Positions 16,875 to 25,598 of a stretch of 64,000 bases of DNA are shown in pieces. Location of the stretch: positions 136,584 to 200,583 of the forward strand of contig OZ220489.1 of NCBI GenBank assembly GCA_965115905.1. The letters are read 5' to 3'. Origin of the DNA: Tepidiformaceae bacterium (GTDB lineage: Bacteria; Chloroflexota; Dehalococcoidia; Tepidiformales; Tepidiformaceae). The position numbers were made by a program, and so were the translations under genes. Under the pieces are notes generated by a model. The model searched no databases and was not told the DNA's origin. It saw only the letters and a program-made list of their open reading frames with translations. Positions within the stretch are counted from its first letter, which is position 1; the number at the start of each line of letters is the position of its first letter.

Positions 16875-18224
16875 TCAGGGAGCGGTAGGGGGCCTGGCGC
16901 GGGGGCGGGGGGCGTAGGTCACGAGGGGGTTGGCGTCGCTGCCCAGGGTCACGAGGGGACGGACGAAGATGAGCATGAGGATGAGGAGGCCGAAGGGGAT
17001 GGCGCCCATGATGAGCAGGGCCTCGCGGTCGCCGATGGCGTCGGCAAGGGCGCCGGAATAAACCCAGTTCAGCTGCATGAACTGGAGGACCATGAAGTAG
17101 ACGGCGAGGACGCGGCTGCGAAGCTCGGCGGGCACGCGAATCTGCAGGATGGTCATCATGGCGACCATCCAGAAGGGCGAGCTCATACCCATGAAGAACT
17201 CGGCGCCGAGGCTGAGGGCGAACCAGGGCGAGACGGCGAACACGATCATGCAGCCGCACCAGTCGAGGGGGGCGAGCAGCAGAGTGAGGCCTTTCAGCTT
17301 GAGGCGCTCGCCAAGGCCGACCACGACGAGGGACCCGACGAGGCTGCCGAGCCCGAAGGACGCCTGCAGGAACCCAAAGCGCCAGGCGCCATCGAAGCCC
17401 CACGCGCCGGTATCGAGAATCTCCCTCGCGAAGATGGGGCGGAGGAGCAGGATGGCGCCGGCGAAGAGGGTGATGAAGGTGGCCGGCATCAGGATCCAGA
17501 TGAGGAGGCGGTCGCGGCGGAGGTGATGGAGCGTCTCGACGATGTCGGTCCTGAATGAGGGCGTGGATGCGACGGCGCTCTCCGTCTTGCCCTTGACGGG
17601 GATGGCTATGAGGAGCAGGGCGCCGAGCACGAAGCCGCCGCCGCCCACGAGGTAGGTGGCCTGCGCGCCAATCGCGGCGATGATGGGGCCGGCGGCGGAC
17701 GGACCCGCGACCTGGAGCACGCCGGTGACCATCGCGATCAGGGCGACGGCGGTGGGCAGGCGCCGCGGTCCGACAAGGTCATAGACGTAGCTCTGGGTGG
17801 CTGGCTGGCTGAGGGCGAGGAAGGCGGCTTCGAAGCCAACCGCCACGAGCACGATCCAGACCTGGACGCCGCCGCTGAGCACGATGAGCCCCATGGCGAT
17901 GGCGACGACGGCAAGGCCAACGCGTCCCATGATGAGGAGGTCGCGGCGGGCGGCGCGATCGGCGATGACGCCGCCGTAGGGCGACAGCGTGATGACGACG
18001 ACGGCGTGAATGCCGCCCATGAGGCCGACGATGGCGCGGGAGCCGGTGAGCTCGGTGAGGAGCCACTGGGCGCCCATGAGCATCAGCCCCTGCCCGAGGA
18101 AGAAGAGCGCGTTGCTCCAGAAGTAGCGCGCAAAATCGCGATCGCGGAAGGAATCTCCGGCGCTGCGGAAGGTATCGCGCAGGCCCAGGGGCGGCGTGAG
18201 GTCAGGAGCCTCGGTCTCCGCCAT
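16875..18224 (-). CDS. MFS transporter
   Basis: 449 aa with a multi-pass hydrophobic profile and an MFS-like loop 'GGVIADRAARRDLL' between TM2 and TM3. Confidence 0.8.
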   Translation of the reverse strand: MAETEAPDLTPPLGLRDTFRSAGDSFRDRDFARYFWSNALFFLGQGLMLMGAQWLLTELTGSRAIVGLMGGIHAVVVITLSPYGGVIADRAARRDLLIMGRVGLAVVAIAMGLIVLSGGVQVWIVLVAVGFEAAFLALSQPATQSYVYDLVGPRRLPTAVALIAMVTGVLQVAGPSAAGPIIAAIGAQATYLVGGGGFVLGALLLIAIPVKGKTESAVASTPSFRTDIVETLHHLRRDRLLIWILMPATFITLFAGAILLLRPIFAREILDTGAWGFDGAWRFGFLQASFGLGSLVGSLVVVGLGERLKLKGLTLLLAPLDWCGCMIVFAVSPWFALSLGAEFFMGMSSPFWMVAMMTILQIRVPAELRSRVLAVYFMVLQFMQLNWVYSGALADAIGDREALLIMGAIPFGLLILMLIFVRPLVTLGSDANPLVTYAPRPRARPPTAP

Positions 18225-18335
18225 CAGCGCTCCCTCCGGGCCGGGCAGGGCAGGCTCACTATAGGCGGCGGCGGGCGCGGAGTCGGGGAGGGGCGGGTAT
18301 CATCGCGGGCCAGTCCAACCAGGACGGGCGAGGTG

Positions 18336-18938
18336 ATGGAGATGTCAGAGCCACAGGTAATGAAGGACCATGAGGTGGTCTCGATTTTCCCCTTCAGCGA
18401 CGAGGAGCTCGATGAGCTTCTGACGGACGCGCGGGAATGCGTGTTGATGTGGGGGACGCAGGATGGATGGCCCGTGGGCGTCCTCCATCAGTACTTCTGG
18501 AAGGACGGGAAGTTCTGGATTACGTGTACGGCGAACCGGCATCGGGTGGCGGCGATCAAGCGCGACCCGCGGGTGTCGGTGTCGGTGAGCGCGATGGTGG
18601 CGTTCAACTTTGAGCAGCGCGGGGGCGTGACCGCGAAGGGTCGGGCGGCGGTGCGCGAGGACCGCGAGACGAAGGACTGGTTCTACCGTTCGCTGGCGAC
18701 GAAGGCGCTCGGCGACGACGCGGCGGCCGTGGATGCGTTCGTGGAGCGCCTGGATTCGCCCCTGCGGGTGGTGATCGAGGTGACGCCGGAGAAGTGGATT
18801 ACGTTCAATGGGACGAAGGCGGACCGGATGGTGCGGGGCGAGCTTCCGACGGAGGAGATGGGGCCGCGCCTGAGCTCGGACGGGCAGCGCATGCGCCAGG
18901 CGCGCGAGGAGCGCGGCCTGGACCCGGAGGGGCGGTAG
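18336..18938 (+). CDS. Pyridoxamine 5'-phosphate oxidase (PPOX) family flavoprotein
   Basis: Start set to ATG 18336 (MEMSEPQVMKD...). 'ECVLMWGTQDGWPVGVLHQYFWKDGKFWITCTANRHRVAAIKRDPRVSVSV' is typical of the PNPOx-like split-barrel family. Confidence 0.7.
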   Translation: MEMSEPQVMKDHEVVSIFPFSDEELDELLTDARECVLMWGTQDGWPVGVLHQYFWKDGKFWITCTANRHRVAAIKRDPRVSVSVSAMVAFNFEQRGGVTAKGRAAVREDRETKDWFYRSLATKALGDDAAAVDAFVERLDSPLRVVIEVTPEKWITFNGTKADRMVRGELPTEEMGPRLSSDGQRMRQAREERGLDPEGR

Positions 18939-18941
18939 AGA

Positions 18942-19925
18942 GTGACCGAACTGGGACGGCTTACGCGCGTCGACCTTCGTGAGGCCTGGGAGACGGAGGC
19001 GCAGGACTTCACGCCGTGGCTGGCGCAGGACGAGAACATCGGCGTCCTCGCCGAGACGCTCGAAATGGAGCTTGAGGTCGAGGCGCAGGAGAAGGACGTG
19101 GGGCCTTTTCGGGCCGATATCCTGTGCCGCGACGCGAACAGCCCGGACCACGACGCGTGGGTGCTGATCGAGAACCAGCTGGAGCGCACCGATCACACGC
19201 ACCTCGGCCAACTGCTGACATACGCCGCTGGCCTGAACACGGTCACGATCATCTGGATCGCCCAACGCTTCACGGACGAGCATCGGGCGGCGCTGGACTG
19301 GCTGAACGACATCACGGGAGAGCGTTACCAGTTCTTCGGGCTTGAGGTCGAACTGTGGCGGATCGGGGATTCGCTTGCGGCCCCGAAGTTCAACATCGTG
19401 GCGAAACCGAATGAGTGGACGCGGAAAGCAGGCGCCGCTGCGTCTTCCTCAGGTAGAGACTCCGAGCGGGGAGCCCTCTACCGGCACTATTGGACTGAAT
19501 TTTCCAAACACCTTAAGGAGCGTCACTCTCAGAGGAAGCCCCTACCCCAACAGTGGATGGACTTTGGGATCGGTCGGACTGGATTCTGGCTGACCGCAAT
19601 GCTCCGTCGCCAAGAGCGCAGAGTTTCCGTTTATCTCGGTATCAGTGGAGAAGAAGCGAAGGCCCACCTGGAACTAATTCGGCAAGACCATGAGGTAATC
19701 GCTTCCGCTTTAGGCGATGCCATTCAGTGGAGAAATCTTGCCAAAAGTTGTCAACTTCTGCTCATCAACCCGAGGGAAGCCGATCTTGACGATCCTGATG
19801 ACTGGCAATGGCAACATGAGTGGCTGTCGGAGACGCTCGAGAAATTTGATGCCGAACTTCGGCCGCGTGTGGTCGCACTCGACGCGACTGAGGTCGGCGC
19901 TGTGAGCGCTGAAGACGACCCTTAG
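18942..19925 (+). CDS. PD-(D/E)xK-like N-terminal domain protein with a DUF4268-like C-terminus
   Basis: 'FRADILCRD...VLIENQLERTDHTHLGQLLTYAAGL' is the signature I associate with DUF4268-type proteins. GTG start 3 nt after the PPOX stop. The C-terminal third is lower in GC. Confidence 0.65.
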   Translation: MTELGRLTRVDLREAWETEAQDFTPWLAQDENIGVLAETLEMELEVEAQEKDVGPFRADILCRDANSPDHDAWVLIENQLERTDHTHLGQLLTYAAGLNTVTIIWIAQRFTDEHRAALDWLNDITGERYQFFGLEVELWRIGDSLAAPKFNIVAKPNEWTRKAGAAASSSGRDSERGALYRHYWTEFSKHLKERHSQRKPLPQQWMDFGIGRTGFWLTAMLRRQERRVSVYLGISGEEAKAHLELIRQDHEVIASALGDAIQWRNLAKSCQLLLINPREADLDDPDDWQWQHEWLSETLEKFDAELRPRVVALDATEVGAVSAEDDP

Positions 19926-20077
19926 ACCCTGCCAACGCGGTTGACGGGGCAAGGGGCTGGGGCCCGCGGGGGGCGCTCCCGGCGCCTCCGTAGAGCAGCG
20001 ATCGGCGATTTCTTCACGCTCAGGGGGGCTTGCGGGCCTACATCTTATGTACGAAACTGGATGGCACAGAGGCGGCC

Positions 20078-20647
20078 ATGCGACAGGGGAACGGGGCAGA
20101 CTCCGCTGGGCATGAAGAGGGGATGGGCGAGCGCCCGTTTCGCGTGGCGGCCTTCGGGCGCGAGGGCGTCTTTACCTTCCATGGAGTGCTGGTCGCGTTC
20201 GCCCTGCTGCTGCGCCTGTTGATGGGCTGGATCTTCCTCTGGGCGGGCTTCGACAAGGCGATCAACGGGTTCGAGGCGGATGGCTTCTTGCTACATGCCA
20301 CGAGCGGGCCGCTCAAGGATTGGTTCGTGGATCTGGGCGGCGACGCCACAGCGCTCTCCGTGATCGAGCCGCTGGTGACCTACGGCCAGATTCTGATGGG
20401 GTTCGCCCTTTTCCTGGGCGTGGCGACGCGGCTCGCGCTGGCCTTCGCCATGGCCATGATGTTCCTGTTCTACATCGCGCAGTTCCCGCCGGAGCACGAC
20501 CTGTTCGTGGACTACTACATCGTCTACATCGCGGTGTACCTGATGCTGGGGGCGCTGGGGGCGGGGCGCATTCTGGGGCTGGACCGCTTCATCGAGCGGC
20601 TGCCATGGATTCGGGAGCGCGGCTGGCTGCGATACCTGCTCGGCTAA
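20078..20647 (+). CDS. DoxX family membrane protein
   Basis: 'LLLRLLMGWIFLWAGFDKAING' and four hydrophobic segments. ATG 20078 is preferred over the longer track ORF. Confidence 0.65.
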   Translation: MRQGNGADSAGHEEGMGERPFRVAAFGREGVFTFHGVLVAFALLLRLLMGWIFLWAGFDKAINGFEADGFLLHATSGPLKDWFVDLGGDATALSVIEPLVTYGQILMGFALFLGVATRLALAFAMAMMFLFYIAQFPPEHDLFVDYYIVYIAVYLMLGALGAGRILGLDRFIERLPWIRERGWLRYLLG

Positions 20648-20669
20648 CGGGCGGACCCCTTGACGGCCT

Positions 20670-21509
20670 CTACGGAGATTCCTGCAAGGCGTCGTCGAGG
20701 AAGGCGATGATCTCGCGGGCGAACTGCTCGGGGTGGTCGCGCCAGTGGTTGCGCGCGGGACCGAGGCGGAGGCGGCAGCGGGGAATGCGCTCGGTGAGGA
20801 GGTTGGCGGAGCGGACGGGGTGGAGGGGGTCATCGGGGTGGGCGAAGACGGCGACGGGAACCTTGATGGCAGCGTACTCGTCGGCGCCGCGCGGGGAGGG
20901 GTCGTGCAGGCCGCGAATGATGGGCGCGATCGTGCGGGGGTTCTGGGAACGCAGCGTCTCGGCCATGCCCTCGGCGGCGGCGGCAAGGGCGGGCTGGCCG
21001 GCGATCAGATCAGCGGCGCCGGAGAGGCCGAGGGATTCGACGGCGGTGGCGAGGGTCGCGAGCAGCTGCAGGGCTTGCGTCTCGGATTCGTGGTGGAGCT
21101 CGCGGGGACCGAGGGGCGGGGGCGCGATGAGCACGAGCGCGCGGACGTCTTCGGGGCGCTCGAAGGCGCACCAGAGGGCGGCGTTCGCGCTCATGGAAGC
21201 GCCGCCGAGGATGGGACGCGTCTCGCCAACGTGGGCGGCGAGGGCGAGCATCTCTTCGCCAAGCTTCCGCCAGGAGTAGCCCGCGGGCTCCTGCGGTCCC
21301 TCGGATTGGCCGTGGCCGCGAACGTCGTAGAGGAGGACGCGGTAACGGCGGGCGAGGATCTCGAGGGCCTCGGGGTGCGCGGCGTACTGTTCGAGGGAGG
21401 AGAAGACGCCGTGGCCGATGACGGCGAGGGGCGCTTCGGCGCGCCCGTAGAGGCGGTAGCGGAGCTCGAGGCCATCGATTGTGACGAACTGGTCGGCAGG
21501 AGTGGTCAT
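20670..21509 (-). CDS. Alpha/beta hydrolase
   Basis: Start ATG 21509 (MTTPADQFVTIDGLELRY...). Supporting segments are 'VIGHGVFSS', the nucleophile-elbow region 'LGGASMSANAAL', and the C-terminal 'NHWRDHPEQF'. Confidence 0.8.
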   Translation of the reverse strand: MTTPADQFVTIDGLELRYRLYGRAEAPLAVIGHGVFSSLEQYAAHPEALEILARRYRVLLYDVRGHGQSEGPQEPAGYSWRKLGEEMLALAAHVGETRPILGGASMSANAALWCAFERPEDVRALVLIAPPPLGPRELHHESETQALQLLATLATAVESLGLSGAADLIAGQPALAAAAEGMAETLRSQNPRTIAPIIRGLHDPSPRGADEYAAIKVPVAVFAHPDDPLHPVRSANLLTERIPRCRLRLGPARNHWRDHPEQFAREIIAFLDDALQESP

Positions 21510-21687
21510 AGGCGCGCCGGCGGCGTCAGTGTAGCCGGTTTGACAACCGCCCCCCGCGCTCGGAGCATGAGCGCCATCCGAACCGGGGGCTGGCAAGCTG
21601 CAGCAGCAACAGGCTGAAGCCCTTGGGGGCGATGCGCTGGACGCCTACCTGCGACGAATCGGGCTGGAGGCGCGTCCGACCGCGGAT

Positions 21688-22464
21688 GTGGACGGGCTGC
21701 GCGCGGTTCACCGGGCGCATCACTACGCCATTCCCTTCGAGAATCTCGACATTCACCTGGGACGGGGATACTCATTCTCGTCGCGGCTCCTCTGGCGGAA
21801 GATGGTGGCGCGACGGCGGGGCGGGTTCTGTTACGAACTGAACCTCCTGCTGGCGGCGGCGTTGCGGGGAATCGGGTTCGAGGTGGACCTGCTGGAGGGG
21901 CAGATGCGGCGGCGCGAAGGGGGCTTCGGACCGCCTTACGACCACATGACCCTGCGCGTCGCGCTTGAGGACAAGGACTGGATCACGGACGTGGGGAACG
22001 GCGAGACGTTCCAGCAGCCCCTTCCGTGGGACGGAAGCTGGACGCCGCAGGAGCGCGGGGGGGCGTATCGGGTGGTGCGTCACGAGGACGGGGAAGCGGC
22101 GGATGAGCCGCGCGCAGGCTCGGCGGGAGCGTGGCGGGTGGAGTACCGCGCGGACGAGGGGGCGGAGCGGGAAACGGTGTACTACTTCCGTTCGCAGCCG
22201 AGGACGGCGGACGGCTTCCTGCCGATGCTCGCGTTCCACACGACTTCCGCGAAGTCGCAGTTCACGAAAGGGTGGATCGTGACGCGTCCGCTCGAGGGCG
22301 GGGGACGGATCACGGCGGCGCGGGGCCTGCTGATGACGACCCGCGCGGGGGGGATGGAGCGACGCGCGATCGGTTCGGCGAGCGAACTGGAACGGATTCT
22401 GGCGAAGGAGTTCGGGATGCTGCCGGTGGCGGTACCGCCGTCCTGGTTCGCGCGGACGGGCTAG
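21688..22464 (+). CDS. Arylamine N-acetyltransferase (NAT)
   Basis: 'HRAHHYAIPFENLDIH' and the catalytic-Cys motif 'RGGFCYELN'. Family-like sequence (DALDAYLRRIGL...) continues upstream of GTG 21688, so the true start is unresolved. Confidence 0.85.
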   Translation: MDGLRAVHRAHHYAIPFENLDIHLGRGYSFSSRLLWRKMVARRRGGFCYELNLLLAAALRGIGFEVDLLEGQMRRREGGFGPPYDHMTLRVALEDKDWITDVGNGETFQQPLPWDGSWTPQERGGAYRVVRHEDGEAADEPRAGSAGAWRVEYRADEGAERETVYYFRSQPRTADGFLPMLAFHTTSAKSQFTKGWIVTRPLEGGGRITAARGLLMTTRAGGMERRAIGSASELERILAKEFGMLPVAVPPSWFARTG

Positions 22465-22937
22465 CTCGCGGACAGGAGTTCGACGGAATCGCCGGGGAGG
22501 AGGGGGCCGCCCCTGAGGACGCGGGCGTAGGCGCGGCTCCAGCCGGGGTTGGTGTTCTGGTTGATGCGGTTGAAGTCGCCGCCTTCGAAGTTGGCCTTGA
22601 TCTTGTAGCAGGGGGCGGTGTAGCGCGTGATCTCGATGAGGACGGCGTCGCCGAGACGCAGGCGGGCGCCGGGGGCGACGGCGTCCCAGTCAAGGCCGGC
22701 GATGGTGATGTTCTCGCCCGCGGCGCCGGGCGCGATGGCGTGGCCCTCGGCCTGGAGCGCCTCGATGCGTTCGAGCGAGAAGAGGCAGAGGGCGCGCTCG
22801 GGGCCGCCGTGGTGCTCGGTGTTGGCCTGCTGATCGCCCTCGACTCCGAGCGCTCCGATGACGGCGCGGTCGATGGGGCGCTTGGGGACGCCGCCGCCGG
22901 AAACGTTGATCTGGCTCACGCAGGGGCGGGAGGTCAT
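22461..22937 (-). CDS. MOSC domain-containing protein
   Basis: 'GVEGDQQANTEHHGGPERALCLFS' and 'GENITIAGLDWDAV...GDAVLIEITRYTAPC' (MOSC conserved Cys). Confidence 0.85.
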   Translation of the reverse strand: MTSRPCVSQINVSGGGVPKRPIDRAVIGALGVEGDQQANTEHHGGPERALCLFSLERIEALQAEGHAIAPGAAGENITIAGLDWDAVAPGARLRLGDAVLIEITRYTAPCYKIKANFEGGDFNRINQNTNPGWSRAYARVLRGGPLLPGDSVELLSAS

Positions 22938-23575
22938 GGGGCTACGATAACGCGTCCGTTCTCGCGCGTGATCTCGAGGACGCCGGGGGCGCCAGGGTTG
23001 GGGCGGCCCTCGGACTGCCCGAGGAGGATGACCTCGGCGCGGATGCGCTGGGGCTGGATATCGAGGATGGCGGCGGTGCCGAGGCGGTACTCCTTGTGAT
23101 GGGGGAGGGTGGGGCTGCCGGGGTTCACGAAGAGCACGTCATCGCGAAACTCGAGGCGCTCGACGTGGGTGTCGCCGGCGACGAGGACATCGACCTGCTC
23201 GCCGTTGAGCCCCTGTTCGAGGAGGACGGGGATCGGGCGGGACTCGGGGCGGAGCTCGTGGGTCATGCCGATGCGCCAGCCTTCGAGGTCGAGCAGGTGG
23301 CGCTCGGCGAGGCGGGGATCCTCGAAGATGTCGTTGTTGCCTCGGGCGACGAGGGTAGGGGCAAAGGCGTCGCACCAGTCAAGGACGCTCGGCGCCGTGA
23401 CATCGCCGGCGTGTAGAATCAGGTCCGCTGTCGCGAGCAGCTCGCGCGGCCCTGTTCCAAGCTCATCGAGTTGACGGATGAGCGAAGGGAGATGGGTATC
23501 GGCGAGGAGCGCGACGCGCACGCGCGCACCGTACGGGACGCGCGGGCGATGGCGCAACGACGGCAGGATAGACAT
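22934..23575 (-). CDS. Metallophosphoesterase (YfcE-like)
   Basis: 'VALLADTHLP', 'ILHAGDV', 'RGNND', and 'VAGDTHV'. ATG 23575 is preferred over TTG 23584. Confidence 0.85.
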   Translation of the reverse strand: MSILPSLRHRPRVPYGARVRVALLADTHLPSLIRQLDELGTGPRELLATADLILHAGDVTAPSVLDWCDAFAPTLVARGNNDIFEDPRLAERHLLDLEGWRIGMTHELRPESRPIPVLLEQGLNGEQVDVLVAGDTHVERLEFRDDVLFVNPGSPTLPHHKEYRLGTAAILDIQPQRIRAEVILLGQSEGRPNPGAPGVLEITRENGRVIVAP

Positions 23576-23601
23576 CCACCGCAACCGCGATCCGAGGAGG
23601 G

Positions 23602-24789
23602 ATGATGGCGCAACAGCGGCAGGCGGCGATCGTCGGGATTCACGAGTACCCCCTGCGGGTGGCTCCGGGCGTCTCGGCGATGAACATCAAGGTCGATTCG
23701 ATCCGCGCGGCGCTGGACGACGCGGGGCTGCAGTGGAGCGATATCGACGCGATCTATGACGCGCAGGACGGGGAGGCGGGGGGCGGTCTGCAGCTGGCCG
23801 CCTACCTGGGCTTGCGGCCGACCGTGCTCGACACGACGCAGGTCGGCGGCTCCTCGTACGAGTTTCAGGCGGCGCACGCGATGCGCGACATCGCGGCGGG
23901 GAAGTGCAAGGTGGCGGTGCTGAGCTACGGCTCCACCTCGGCCTCGAATCGCGTCGCCATCGGAACGGGGGGGCGAGGCGGTCCGGCGAACTGGATGACG
24001 AACATGGAGGCTCCCTACGGGGGGACGCTGATCGCGAACTACGCGATGGTGAAGCAACGCCATATGTTCGAGTACGGCACGACGGACGAGCAGCTCGCGG
24101 GCGTCTCCGTGGCGACGCGCCATCACGCGATGCGGAATCCCGAGGCCGTGAAGGCGATGACGGACCTGCAGTTCGTGGGCGTGAACGAGATTACGCCGCA
24201 GGACGTGCTTGATTCGCGCGTGGTGGCGGACCCGCTGCACCTGCTGGAATGCTGCATGATCAGCGATGGCGGCGGGGCCGTGATCATCGCCTCGGAGGAG
24301 GTGGCGCGGGACTGCCGGAAGCCGCCTGTCTGGCTCATCGGCGCGGGCGAGGCGACGAAGTACCGCGAGAACGGGGGCGACATCACGACGAGCGCGGGCG
24401 CGCAGAGCGGGCCGATCGCGTTCGCGGAAGCGGACGTGACGCCGGACGAGATCGACATCGCCATGATCTATGACTCGTTCACGATCACGGTGGCGGTCTG
24501 TCTGGAGGACCTCGGCTTCTGCCCCAAGGGCGAGGTCGGGGCGTACGTCGAGGGCGGACGGCTGGCCTTCGACAGCGGCGAGGGGCCGGCGCTGAACACG
24601 GACGGGGGCGGGCTTTCCTCGAACCATCCGGGGATGCGCGGCATCTTCCTGTTGCTGGAGGGGACGCGGCAGCTACGGGGTGAATCGACCTCGCAGGTTC
24701 CCGACGCGAAGCTGGCCGTGGCCCATGGCAACGGCGGCCTGCTGGGCGGCACGCACACCGGCGGCACAGTGATTCTGGCGAAGGATTAG
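23602..24789 (+). CDS. Thiolase-like protein (SCP-x/non-specific lipid-transfer type)
   Basis: 395 aa with a thiolase fold pattern. The C-terminal 'NTDGGGLSSNHPGMRG' and 'AVAHGNGG' are typical, and it is followed by a DUF35 OB-fold partner. Confidence 0.85.
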   Translation: MMAQQRQAAIVGIHEYPLRVAPGVSAMNIKVDSIRAALDDAGLQWSDIDAIYDAQDGEAGGGLQLAAYLGLRPTVLDTTQVGGSSYEFQAAHAMRDIAAGKCKVAVLSYGSTSASNRVAIGTGGRGGPANWMTNMEAPYGGTLIANYAMVKQRHMFEYGTTDEQLAGVSVATRHHAMRNPEAVKAMTDLQFVGVNEITPQDVLDSRVVADPLHLLECCMISDGGGAVIIASEEVARDCRKPPVWLIGAGEATKYRENGGDITTSAGAQSGPIAFAEADVTPDEIDIAMIYDSFTITVAVCLEDLGFCPKGEVGAYVEGGRLAFDSGEGPALNTDGGGLSSNHPGMRGIFLLLEGTRQLRGESTSQVPDAKLAVAHGNGGLLGGTHTGGTVILAKD

Positions 24790-24793
24790 GACG

Positions 24794-25213
24794 ATGGCGA
24801 AGCGACCACAACCGCGATTTCCCGAGCCCCATACGGAACCGTTCTGGGAGGGCGCCCAGAAGGGTGAGTTGCGCTACCAGCGCTGCAACGCCTGCGAGGA
24901 GGTAGTGTTTTATCCGCGCCACCACTGCCCCTCATGCGGCGCGAACGACCTTTCCTGGCGCGTTTCGGCGGGGGAGGGCACGGTCTACACGTTCTCTGTG
25001 GTGCGGCAGAACCGGATGCCGGGCTTCATCGATCTGGGGGCCTACTCGGTCGCCTATATCGACCTCGATGAGGGGTTCCGCATGATGAGCAGCGTCGTGG
25101 GCGTCGACAACCCCACGACGGACATCGCCATCGGACAGCGCGTACGCGTGGAGTTCGAGGAACAGGAAGAGGGCGACTACCCGATTCCCGTGTTCCGCCC
25201 AATCCAGACATGA
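24794..25213 (+). CDS. Zn-ribbon/OB-fold protein (DUF35), thiolase partner
   Basis: 'YQRCNACEEVVFYPRHHCPSCGANDLSW' rubredoxin-like ribbon followed by an OB-fold segment. It shows the canonical adjacency to a thiolase-like gene. Confidence 0.85.
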   Translation: MAKRPQPRFPEPHTEPFWEGAQKGELRYQRCNACEEVVFYPRHHCPSCGANDLSWRVSAGEGTVYTFSVVRQNRMPGFIDLGAYSVAYIDLDEGFRMMSSVVGVDNPTTDIAIGQRVRVEFEEQEEGDYPIPVFRPIQT

Positions 25214-25240
25214 ACGCAATCCAGCGAGGGAGGCGCGCAC

Positions 25241-25531
25241 ATGCCGACGACGCTCTGGCGGCTGAAGGTCGCTCCGGAAAAGCAGGCCGAGTTCGAGCGG
25301 CTCACGGCGCAACTCGTCCGCGATGTCGCCGCGAATGAGCCGGAGAGCATCTTCGAGTACCGCCGTGGAATCGAGGATCCGCTGACGTACGCGCTCTTCC
25401 TGTCGTTTGACGATGAGGCGGCGTTCGAGCGCTACTCGACGGCGGAGTACCACACGGGCGCTTCGGCGCAGATCATGGACTGTCTGGCGGAGCCGCCGAT
25501 CGGAGACGAACTCGAACGATTCGAGGCGTAA
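25241..25531 (+). CDS. Antibiotic-biosynthesis-monooxygenase (ABM) domain protein
   Basis: 96 aa with a ferredoxin-like pattern: 'LWRLKVAPEKQAEFE...', 'YALFLSFDDEAAFERY', and 'HT'. Confidence 0.65.
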   Translation: MPTTLWRLKVAPEKQAEFERLTAQLVRDVAANEPESIFEYRRGIEDPLTYALFLSFDDEAAFERYSTAEYHTGASAQIMDCLAEPPIGDELERFEA

Positions 25532-25598
25532 GCGCGCCTACCGCGCGGCGGCGTCCGGCCGCCATGCGATGCGGTAAGCTGCGAGACACAGGGACGCT

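Noticed and set aside
21623-21841. 72-aa ORF overlapping the NAT 5' region as a separate gene
   Set aside because: It is out of frame with clear NAT-like sequence that occupies the same nucleotides, and it has no motif of its own.
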